From IMG/VR virus record IMGVR_UViG_3300020194_001970: 20,000 nt of DNA; one strand, 5' to 3'. This document shows, piece after piece, positions 6,811-16,400 of this stretch. Both the position numbers and the translations under genes were made by a program. Every line of letters begins with the position of its first letter. Positions within the stretch are counted from its first letter, which is position 1. Under the pieces are notes generated by a model. It was not told the origin of the DNA. It saw nothing but the letters and a program-made list of their open reading frames with translations, and did no database searches. The DNA is from an uncultured virus (IMG/VR IMGVR_UViG_3300020194_001970). Taxonomy: Duplodnaviria; Heunggongvirae; Uroviricota; Caudoviricetes.

Positions 6811-8643
6811 ATGGAAGAAGAGCCAAAAAGTACGAATTTTAAAGTAATATATAGATTTGAGCATGTCAATAAATTTCCTCATTTAGCGGATTATTACAAT
6901 ATATATAGACAAGATGGGGATAGCCAATTCGTTCATATAGATACTATACAAGCTACAGGATTATCAGAAGACGATCAACCTCTAGAGATTACAGGTTTTG
7001 ATATTGTTCCAAATTGTGGTGTTACTTATAATTATAAAGTTAGCGCTTATAATGATCGCGGTGAAATTGATTGTATTAATCCAACTTTTTCTGGAGTTGA
7101 TTTTATATGTCCAACAGCAAGCCCAACTCCTACTCCAACTAATACGATTACCCCTACTCCCAGTGCATCTGTTACTCCTAGTGCATCTATTACTCCTTCT
7201 GTTACCCCAACAAGCACTGTTACTCCAACAAGCACAGTTACCCCAACAAGCACAGTTACCCCAACAAGCACATTAACACCAACTAATACGGTTACTCCAA
7301 CAATCAGCCAAACACCAGCAGCTTCACAATCACCTACTCCGACAGCGACACCGACCAATACAATAACACCAACTACCACAGTTACTCCAAGTGTTACCCC
7401 AACGAATACGGTAACTCCAACAAATAGCCAAACACCAGCAGCTTCACGATCACCTACTCCTACAGCTACACCAACCAATACAGTAACGCCAACTAATACG
7501 GTTACTCCAAGTGTTACTCCAAGTATTACAGTTACTCCAACAAGTAGTCAAACACCAGCAGCTTCACAATCACCTACTCCGACAGTGACACCAACCAATA
7601 CAGTAACACCAACTAATACAGTTACTCCAAGTGTTACTCCAAGTGTTACCCCAACGAATACGGTAACTCCAACAAGCAGTCAAACACCAGGAGCTTCACG
7701 ATCACCTACTCCGACAGCGACACCAACCAATACAGTAACGCCAACTAATACAGTTACTCCAAGTGTTACTCCAACTAATACAGTGACTCCGACAAGTAGT
7801 CAAACACCGCCAGCTTCACAATCACCTACTCCGACAGCGACACCAACCAATACAGTAACGCCAACCAATACGGTTACTCCAAGTGTTACTCCAAGTATTA
7901 CAGTTACTCCAACAAGTAGTCAAACACCGCCAGCTTCACAATCACCTACTCCGACAGCGACACCAACTAACACTGCAACTCCTACTCTTACTCCTACCCC
8001 ATCAACTTCACCGCCAGAAGCTCAAGGGCCTCAGCAATTTGTAATAGAAATAGATAAAGGTAGTGACACATTCGGAAACGTAGCTAGAGCTGCAACGAAT
8101 ACAACTTTAACAAATACAACATCATCATCTAATTTAAGCTGGGCGAATGCACCACAAGGAGCGACAAGCTTGAGTTTGATTGGTTTTAGTGACGGAGGAT
8201 CATGGAATACTACAAATTTCACATTCTCTCCAAATACTGAAGGTAAAGCTGAATCTCTATTTGGAGGTTTTGCGGCAGAAGGTTCAACTTTCTTTAATCA
8301 GCCTGCTTGGGCGCAAAGAAAGGTTGATGCTTCCCCCCAAGGATTTAATCTTTTGACTCCAGATTCAACATCTACATCAGTTATACCTAACTTTTTTGAT
8401 AGCACAAATACCACAAAAGGATTGTTTGATTTTGGTTTATTTCAATGCTCAGATTCAACGTGTAGCGATGGGTCTAGAGCTGAATCAATTAACTCAAGCA
8501 ATAATGCTCCAATTGCTTTTTGGGTTAAAATGGCTAACGATGCTACTACAGATGGAACTACAAGTCCAGGTAACGATGTAGATAGTAGTATCGGGACGAC
8601 TCCATTTACGATTAGGGTTACTGGTCAATGGAATTTTGATTAA
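6811..8643 (+). CDS. Putative virion decoration protein: FN3-like N-domain, about 300-aa Thr/Ser/Pro stalk, C-terminal beta domain (610 aa)
   Basis: ADYYNIYRQ and TYNYKVSAYNDRGE are FN3 C- and F-strand signatures, followed by a long TPT repeat. Located within the tail module. Confidence 0.7.
   Translation: MEEEPKSTNFKVIYRFEHVNKFPHLADYYNIYRQDGDSQFVHIDTIQATGLSEDDQPLEITGFDIVPNCGVTYNYKVSAYNDRGEIDCINPTFSGVDFICPTASPTPTPTNTITPTPSASVTPSASITPSVTPTSTVTPTSTVTPTSTVTPTSTLTPTNTVTPTISQTPAASQSPTPTATPTNTITPTTTVTPSVTPTNTVTPTNSQTPAASRSPTPTATPTNTVTPTNTVTPSVTPSITVTPTSSQTPAASQSPTPTVTPTNTVTPTNTVTPSVTPSVTPTNTVTPTSSQTPGASRSPTPTATPTNTVTPTNTVTPSVTPTNTVTPTSSQTPPASQSPTPTATPTNTVTPTNTVTPSVTPSITVTPTSSQTPPASQSPTPTATPTNTATPTLTPTPSTSPPEAQGPQQFVIEIDKGSDTFGNVARAATNTTLTNTTSSSNLSWANAPQGATSLSLIGFSDGGSWNTTNFTFSPNTEGKAESLFGGFAAEGSTFFNQPAWAQRKVDASPQGFNLLTPDSTSTSVIPNFFDSTNTTKGLFDFGLFQCSDSTCSDGSRAESINSSNNAPIAFWVKMANDATTDGTTSPGNDVDSSIGTTPFTIRVTGQWNFD
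7111..8015 (+). repeat. Coding Thr/Pro repeat with 18-bp basic unit and six higher-order units of about 120 bp
   Basis: The CAAACACC(A/G) anchor (SQTP.AS.SPTPT) occurs at 7309, 7429, 7549, 7681, 7801 and 7921, giving periods of 120, 120, 132, 120 and 120. Confidence 0.92.
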
Positions 8644-8670
8644 TTTAAATTTCACATATTTTTTTCTTTT

Positions 8671-8675
8671 GTGTA
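8671..8675 (+). promoter_or_regulatory. GTGTA motif upstream of the putative major tail tube gene
   Basis: In a 69-bp intergenic gap, 37 nt before ATG 8713. Confidence 0.5.
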
Positions 8676-8712
8676 TTTAATATAAACCTTTAAAATTTTT
8701 TAAAATAATAAA

Positions 8713-10245
8713 ATGAGTACATTACCAGCAAGAAATAGAGTTATTTATCAAAGTGAAGCCCTGTTTGTATCACCAGACTGCACAGGACACCATGTTTTTT
8801 ACGAACCAAAGGTACAATCTGATTGTATAATTTCAGGAAATGGTGCAGGAGGGGCTTCGGACAAAATTTTCTTTGATGCTTGTTTAGGTTTATCTTCAAG
8901 AGATAGTTTGTTTACAACATCTACTGGCTGGGTTTATACTACATTTGAAAGTGAAGATGCAAGCGATTTGGGCGAATTTCATCCAGTTCTAGAGCGAGCT
9001 GGAATTGTAGACGAATTAAGTATACAAGGGAATGCTAATACTTTAGATCACTTAAAAAGCAAAGACAGAATTGAGGGGTCTTGGGGCACTGCTGTCCAAC
9101 AGTTAAAAAGAGTTCAGAATGCTAATTACAGTTTTACAATTAATAGGCAAGACGTTAACCAATTTGGTCAATTAGGTAGAATTGACTCTGTGGTTTTGGA
9201 GGCTCCTACAGTTAGCTTAGACTTTTCTTATTACCTAACTGATGGAGAAAATGAAAGATTGTTGGGAATGAACACAGATGCAAGTGTTCAAAGTTTGTCT
9301 GGAATAATGACTAGAGCTCAAAATGATTTTGGTAATAACTTTTTCATTTTAACAGTGCCAGAAGGTAGAGATGCAGTAGAGGGAGATTTATTGACAGATA
9401 ATGCAATTCAGTCAGTCATTGGCTTAGGAAATGCATACATTACGGATTACAGTATTGAAGCTAGCGTGGGATCTTTCCCAACAGCAAGTGTCACCGTTGA
9501 GGGTTTAAATATTAAATCAGACAAAGGTACTCAATGGAAATCAATTCCAGCGGTAGACCCAGAAAACGGAACTAATATTTGTGACATTAAATTCTTTTTA
9601 CCTCCGGCAGAAACAGGTCAAGGAACAAGTATTTTAAAGCCTGGAGATATTAGTATTAATTTAAGAAATTCATCTCTGATATCTAAACAAATTTCTGGAA
9701 CCGATTTATCTTATTCAATTGATGACGAAGGTAGCGCTCATATTCAAAGCTTTTCATTATCAACACCAATGGGTAGGACTGATTTACAAAGAATTGGCAA
9801 CACATATTCTTACGCAAAAGAATTAGACTTCCCAGTCACGGCTTCGTTAACTGTAAACGCTTTAGTAGCAGACTTAAAAGAAGGTAATTTAGTAAGCTTG
9901 CTATGTGGTAAAGAATACGATATTTCTATCTCAATTCAACACCCACAATGTATCGAATGTGAACCCAATAATTCCGAGAAAGCTATTTCAATAGATTTCA
10001 GGGGGGCTCTACTTGATTCTGAATCATTTAGTTCTGCCATTGGAGATAATAAATCTGTAGACTTGACATTTTCTACTCAAATTGGCGGCCCAGAACAACA
10101 AGGTGTTGGAGTATTCTTTAGTGGATTTGAAAATGCACAAGGTGCAGATGGAAAATATAAACAATCACCAAATATTAAGAGTGGTAAATACCATAAATAC
10201 GGAGAGATTGGAACAACTGGAGGTTTTGCTCCAGGTAGATATTAA
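8713..10245 (+). CDS. Putative major tail tube protein with internally duplicated tube domain (510 aa)
   Basis: Tube-like beta motifs occur twice (VQNANYSFTINRQDVNQFGQ...PTVSLDFSY and IQSFSLSTPMGRTDLQRIGN...PVTASLTVN). The gene has its own upstream GTGTA motif and a strong downstream terminator, consistent with high expression. Confidence 0.7.
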   Translation: MSTLPARNRVIYQSEALFVSPDCTGHHVFYEPKVQSDCIISGNGAGGASDKIFFDACLGLSSRDSLFTTSTGWVYTTFESEDASDLGEFHPVLERAGIVDELSIQGNANTLDHLKSKDRIEGSWGTAVQQLKRVQNANYSFTINRQDVNQFGQLGRIDSVVLEAPTVSLDFSYYLTDGENERLLGMNTDASVQSLSGIMTRAQNDFGNNFFILTVPEGRDAVEGDLLTDNAIQSVIGLGNAYITDYSIEASVGSFPTASVTVEGLNIKSDKGTQWKSIPAVDPENGTNICDIKFFLPPAETGQGTSILKPGDISINLRNSSLISKQISGTDLSYSIDDEGSAHIQSFSLSTPMGRTDLQRIGNTYSYAKELDFPVTASLTVNALVADLKEGNLVSLLCGKEYDISISIQHPQCIECEPNNSEKAISIDFRGALLDSESFSSAIGDNKSVDLTFSTQIGGPEQQGVGVFFSGFENAQGADGKYKQSPNIKSGKYHKYGEIGTTGGFAPGRY

Positions 10246-10275
10246 AGTGTAAAAAAGTTTAAATAACTTTATTAT

Positions 10276-10314
10276 ATTACACCACAATCTTCGGGTTGTG
10301 GTGTAATTGTTTAT
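10276..10314 (+). terminator. Intrinsic terminator-like hairpin with C(UUCG)G tetraloop
   Basis: ATTACACCACAATC-TTCG-GGTTGTGGTGTAAT is a 14-bp stem with one G-U pair, followed by TGTTTAT. It lies 30 nt after the tube gene stop. Confidence 0.8.
10301..10305 (+). promoter_or_regulatory. GTGTA motif embedded in the terminator 3' arm, upstream of the 10321 gene (second copy at 10247-10251)
   Basis: 15 nt before ATG 10321. Confidence 0.5.
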
Positions 10315-10320
10315 ATAGGA

Positions 10321-13300
10321 ATGAGGAATTTTTTAAGATCGGAATCGGCATCTCTTTTTGTGGGTCCTGCACCAGCATATCAACCGCATATATATGAAGG
10401 TAGATCTGCTATAAGAAGATTATTTAAAATTCAGTCAATTGATTATGGTTTCGATATAAATAGAGAAGATATAAAAATAATAGGCGAGGAGGATTTATTA
10501 ACAAGAGGAGTAAACTTTACAACAATAAATCCAAATCCTGGAAGTAATATAGATGTAAACATAGAGCCAGTGCCCGTAAATTTTAATTTTTCTTATTTAC
10601 AAACATGCGGTTTTAATGAATGGCTTTTGAATTTTAATGTTATACCTCAAGGAGGGGTTGCAGAAAATAGTTTTATATCTAGACATTTCGGAGACAAAAA
10701 CTTCTTTGTGTTAATAAATAAAACTCAATATGAGGGAGCATCTAATCTTGTTGAGGAAAAAGATTTTAAGGGGCATTATGTGTTAGGTATAGGTAATGCA
10801 TTTGTTACTAGATATTCAGTAAGCACAACCGTTAAAAACTTTGTTCAATGTGATTTAGAATATCAAGCATCAAATATAACTTTAGATAAATATGGAGATG
10901 ATAACTATATACCAGCTATACATTTATATGATGGAAAGTATAAAAAAGAGCATAAATATATATTAGAAGACTTAGAAAATTACAAAACTAACGAGGAATA
11001 TTACGAGCCAGTTATATCTAATAATATATCTATAGAAATGGATGCATTAAATGTCCCAGTTTTAGAAACCAGTAAAGCTAGTGCTAATGCGGTATCATTT
11101 AATATTAACTTAGATATTCCGAGGAGGAATTTATATGGATTTGGGTCTATGTATCCATATGACAGAAAAATGGATCTACCAATAAGGGGGTCCTTAGATT
11201 TAGATATTTTAATCAAGGATTTTCAAACTGGAAATTTAAATCAGATATTAAAAGAAGAAAAATTTTACGACATTAGAATGCATTGCGACACTAAATTTTG
11301 CGATGACAATAGAGCTCCGTCCGTACAATATATAATACAGAATGCAGTATTAAAAAATCAATCATCTAACCTAAGTTGGAATGAATTCTCTACAGCAAAA
11401 TTAAGCTTTGATTTCACCGTAACAAGAAATCATGGATTTATGTTTAGTGGAGGTTGTATGGACTCTCAAATAGCTACTAATAGCAATGAGGGTCAAGCAT
11501 TTGCTGAAGGAGCTCTATCTTCTTCTGATCCGCCTGGAACGATATTTCCTAACCCTTGGATTATGCCTGTTACACCTAGCATCACGCCAAGTATTACACC
11601 AACAATATCTATTACTCCAACAATTTCAGTAACACCTTCAATAACGCCAACCATAACCGTAACTTCTTCCAGTACTCCACCTGTAAGTCCAACAGCAACA
11701 TATAGCTCAACAGTAACTCCAAGTATAACAAGTACGATCACACCAACAAGCACAGTTACTCCTACAGTTACCCCAACAAGTACAGTTACCCCTACGAGTA
11801 CGACTACTCCAACAAGCACAGTAACTCCTACAGTAACACCAACCAGTACAGTTACCCCAACAAGTACAGTTACTCCAACAAGCACAGTTACTCCAACAAG
11901 CACAGTTACTCCAACAAGCACTATCACCCCAACAAGCACGGTTACTCCAACAAGTACTATCACCCCAACAAGCACGGTTACTCCAACAAGTACAGTTACT
12001 CCAACAAGTACAGTTACTCCTACGAGCACACTTACTCCCACAAGTACAGTTACTCCTACAAGCACACAGTTACCCCAACAATATCAATTACCCCAACAAG
12101 TACAGTTACTCCAACAAGCACAGCTACTCCTACGAACACGATCACCCCAACAAATACAGTTACTCCAACCACAATAATATACGATTTAAATGTAAGATTC
12201 CAAGAGGATTCTCTGTATATTTTAGAAGGACAAACAAAAAGTTTGAGAGTTTACAGAGATTTAAATTCTAATGTTCCTTATTTAGGTCAGTTTAAAATTA
12301 ATTACAAGATTGATTCAGAACCAAATTCTGCAATTTCAGGGATAGACTTTGAAGGAAAAACTGGAGAATTAATATTTAATCAAGGAGAGAATCATAAAGA
12401 TATTGAAATTACAGTATTAACAGACAACGAATACGAAAAAGCTGAAATATTTAATGTAGAAATTGAAGTTGTATACCCCCAATTTACTGTAGGTAAAATT
12501 TTAAGTAATAACCCATTTAAAGTTTTAGTTGTAGAAGTAGAACCAACTCCAACACAAACCGCCACGCCATCAATAACTCCTACAAACACAGTTACTCCTA
12601 CGAGCACGATTACTCCAACAATATCGGTTACCCCAACAAGCACAATCACACCAACAAGCACAATCACACCAACAAGCACAGTTACTCCTACGAGTACGAT
12701 TACTCCAACAATATCAGTTACTCCAACTATAACACCAACAAGCACAGCTACTCCTACAAGTACGATTACTCCTACAAGTACGATTACTCCTACGAGTACG
12801 ATTACTCCAACAATATCAGTTACTCCAACTATATCGGTTACTCCATCAGTTACAATAACTCCAACAAACACAGTTACCCCAACAAGTACGATTACTCCTA
12901 CAAGTACGATTACTCCTACAAGTACGATTACTCCAACAAACACAGTTACTCCCACAAGCACGGTTACTCCAACAATATCAGTTACTCCGACAAGTACAGT
13001 TACCCCAACAATATCAGTTACTCCAACTACATCAGTTAGTGTGACCCCTAGCGTTACACCAACCCCATCAATACAAAATATTCAATATATTAGATTTAAA
13101 ACTAATTCATTAAGTGTACAAGAGGGCTCTTCATTTAAAGTTTATATAGAAAGAGATATAACAAAGTCAACCAATCCATTTGTGTCTTTTAGTGTAGATT
13201 ATAGAACAATAACAGGAACAGCTATCAGTCCAGATGATTACATACATACCCAAGGAACACTTACATTTAACAAAGACGAACATGAAAAAAGTTTTGAAGT

Positions 13301-13445
13301 GCATACGTTACCAAATCCAGGATTAGCAAATTTTGAATCTTCTGAATATTTTATGGTTAATATATTTAATGCATTCACAACAAATGGCAGAGTAATTATA
13401 GATGGTGGAGACACGAACCCGATAATTATTACAGAAACTCCTTAG
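10321..13445 (+). CDS. Tail tube paralog fused to Thr/Pro stalk - Calx-beta - Thr/Pro stalk - Calx-beta (about 1040 aa after repairing a 2-bp frameshift near 12064-12068; joins ORFs 10321-12177 and 12243-13445)
   Basis: The N-terminal ~390 aa aligns by eye with the 8713 protein (VLGIGNAFVTRYSV vs VIGLGNAYITDYSI; KNFFVLI vs NNFFILT). An extra CA in AGCACACAGTT shifts the repeat frame. The alternative frame from 12069 reads VTPTISITPT...YDLNVRFQEDSLYILEGQTKSLRVYR into the 12243 ORF. Calx-beta signatures: GIDFEGKTGELIFNQGENHKDIEITVLTDNEYEKAEIFNVEI and VDYRTITGTAISPDDYIHTQGTLTFNKDEHEKSFEV. Confidence 0.75.
11566..12172 (+). repeat. Coding 18-bp tandem repeat (STVTPT)n
   Basis: Degenerate AGYACAGTTACTCCAACA units, continuing across the frameshift. 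Confidence 0.92.
12541..13070 (+). repeat. Coding 18-bp tandem repeat (STITPT/ISVTPT)n between the two Calx-beta domains
   Basis: Directly visible degenerate 18-bp units. Confidence 0.92.
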
Positions 13446-13450
13446 ATCAA

Positions 13451-16400
13451 ATGTCAAATCATACACCAGTACCAAGCCAAACACCTATAGTTGTTGAAAA
13501 TTGTAAAACTTTCGACCCTGTAGTTGGTACTGTTGGTAGGTTTTTAGATCTACATATGCATGTACAAACAATAATTAATAATCTAGAATATAAAAGTAAC
13601 CTAGAGTACAACATAGACTTTGGAGATGGAGAAAGAATTTTAGGGAAAAAGTTTGATAGTGAAAGCTTAAAAAAGACAATAATAAAAGAAAAAGAAATTC
13701 ATAGGTATAAGTCTGCAAAAACGTATAACGCTATACTTTCTGTTGATGATGTTAAAAATAAAGTTAGAGCATGTGCATCAGTTCCTGTATACATTAAAAG
13801 CGAAACTCCAGATTTATGTTCCGAAATACACATACAAAGTAGAGAAAATGATATTTTTAGAGGTATACCAATTAGGGATTTTAGCGAAAATAAATATGAA
13901 ATTGAAGTAGTTGGGAAAGAAGTAACAGAAATAATAAATGAACAAGGAGAAATTGAAGTACTATTTTCAGATTTACCGCCATCTAGGTCTTATAATAGCT
14001 CTCCTTACAGAGATGAAACAAGTATTGAGTTTTTTAGTGAGTATGTGCAATACTTGGAGGCTTTAGATACTAAATACGATTTTAGATTCATACATAACAA
14101 CACAGAAGAAGACTGGACTATAGAGTCATGGATTAATTTGAAAAGCATACAACCCATAAGCCCAATAGTTTTAAATTCAACAAAAACAGGAGAGATAGGT
14201 TTTCAATTATACATACAAAACGGAGAATCTATAATATTTAGTATTTTTAATAACAAAAAAGCGGTAAATGTTGATGGGGAATGTAGACCTTTTATGTCGG
14301 CGTTGCCATTACTGCTTTGCGAAAATGACGACAGGGGAGTTAATCCTGGAATAATAGCAAGAATAAATCAATCTTATCTTTTTGAAGTGGGGAATTGGTA
14401 TCATATAGCTGTAATCAAGTCTGGAGAGTTTATAAATATATATATCAATGGAGAAAAAAATGGCAAAGCTAGATATTTCACTAGTGAATGTTTGGACGAG
14501 CCTGCAGAACATAATTTATTCATTGGGTATAAACCCATAAAAGACATTGAATGTTACCCGTTGGGGTATTCCGAATTGCCATTAGCTCTATGCAAGCAAG
14601 ATGGATCTATAGGGGATCACTTAGATGGATATATACAAGACTTAAGAATTTTTAAAGGTAGAAATCAATATGAAAGAATTCAAACTGAAAAAAAATTAAT
14701 TTCAAGAAAATGCTTTAATTCAGCTATAGATCCATGTCCGATCATTCATATACAAAGTAATAATTCTGCGGAAGACCCAATTAGGGATTACAGCCAAAAT
14801 AAAATAGAAATCATTAATCAGGGAGGAGTGTTTCATGATATGAATACATTTCCTTACGGAATATCTAGTTTTAATTTTATTGGGGGAGAAAGCAGGTTCC
14901 TGGAAATTAAGTCTCACGAATCAATTAACTTAGGAAACTTAGATTTTAGTTTTGAATTTTGGTTTATGGTTAAAGAAGGAAATAGTGGGGGGGAAGTAAT
15001 AGCTTCTAATGGAGAAAGTTCTGAAGATTTTAGCATTTCAATTAATGAAGATTATATTTCTTTTAAAAAAGACGACTATGAATTAAAATATGAAAACTTA
15101 TTAAAATACAATCAGTGGAATCATTTTTTGTTGGTAAAGTTTAATAATTCTTTAATTTTATACTTCAACGAAATAAAAGTTAAATATGATTATTTATTTG
15201 ATTTAAAATTTATTCAAACAGGACTAATAATAGGAAGAGGGTTTGAGGGATATATACAAGATTTAATAATAACAAAAAAAGTATTACCTTGGTCGCAATC
15301 AATAATTCCACCGGAAGTTCCAATACCAGAAGACTGTTCAGAGCCACCAATATTAGAGCCTGAGCCTCCGACTATAGCAACAATTGTAGCGAGGTGTCCA
15401 TATTTTTTATTACAAAGTAATAAAACTTCTTTTAATAATATATCTTTATTTGAAGATACTGGAATTAATGAATTTGATGTAATTATACAGCAAGGTAATC
15501 CCGCCCACCAGTCGGATTTAAAATTGTTTGAAAATAGCTCAATAAAATTTGTACCGGGAGACATAATACAAGTTCTTGATACAATGAGTTTTATTACAAG
15601 CGTGAGCTCTGAGTGGACAATTCAATGTTGGGTATACATCAATGATATTGAAACACAAAAAATATTTTTCAATAATGAAGAAATTAACTCTTTAGATTAT
15701 CCTTGTTACTTTTTAAGTAATGCTGAAAATGAAAAAAATGGATTCAAGATGTATTATCACCCCAAAGAATATTTTGGGTTTGAGGTTTATACAAATGGAT
15801 CTTTAAAATACGACTTAAGGTCAAGTGTCGCTGGAGATAATGCTCGACTATATCAATGGCATCATGTAGCTATAACATTATCTAGAGATTTCATAACATT
15901 ATATGTAAATGGTGTTGAATCTCACCAAGAGCCTATTTCTTTTTCTGATTCGTTTTTTAGTCCAGATGGAAATTTATTGATTGGAGACGTACATTATGGA
16001 AACTTGAATTACAGTAATCCCTTTGATGGATACATTCAAGAAATTTCATTATTTAAAGGATTAATGGATAGAAGTAATTTTCCAAATTTTTCAACATTTT
16101 CAGTGGATGAATGTTTAACTAAAAAAGCTATAAAACCAGAGTGTCCAGTTTTTCACATAAAGAGTGATAATCAAGAAGGTGAACTAGTTCTTAATAATTA
16201 TGGGTCTCAAGAGTTGGTACCTTATATTGCGTCAACAAAATCAACTCATACTAAAAGCGATAGAATATTAAACTCGCAATCATCTATAGAGGTAGATGAG
16301 TTTAAACCTATAGAGTTCATGAGTTCGAGTTCTATAGGAAAAGATTCTTCCCTAGAAGCTGAAGTAATAAATTATTTTTTGCACCATGAGTTTTTTAAGA

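Noticed and set aside
12067..12177. Gln/Leu-rich C-terminal tail of the 618-aa ORF as a real domain
   Set aside because: It is the out-of-frame translation of the Thr/Pro repeat after the 2-bp insertion.
7047..12961. Minus-strand Val/Gly-rich ORFs (7047-7478, 11493-12065, 12392-12961) resembling membrane proteins
   Set aside because: They are antisense shadows of the Thr/Pro repeats: (VLVGVT)n is the reverse-complement reading of (STVTPT)n.
7111..13070. Repeat arrays as a possible CRISPR array or non-coding RNA array
   Set aside because: Units are in-frame and degenerate at synonymous positions, with no unique spacers and no cas genes. They are coding repeats.
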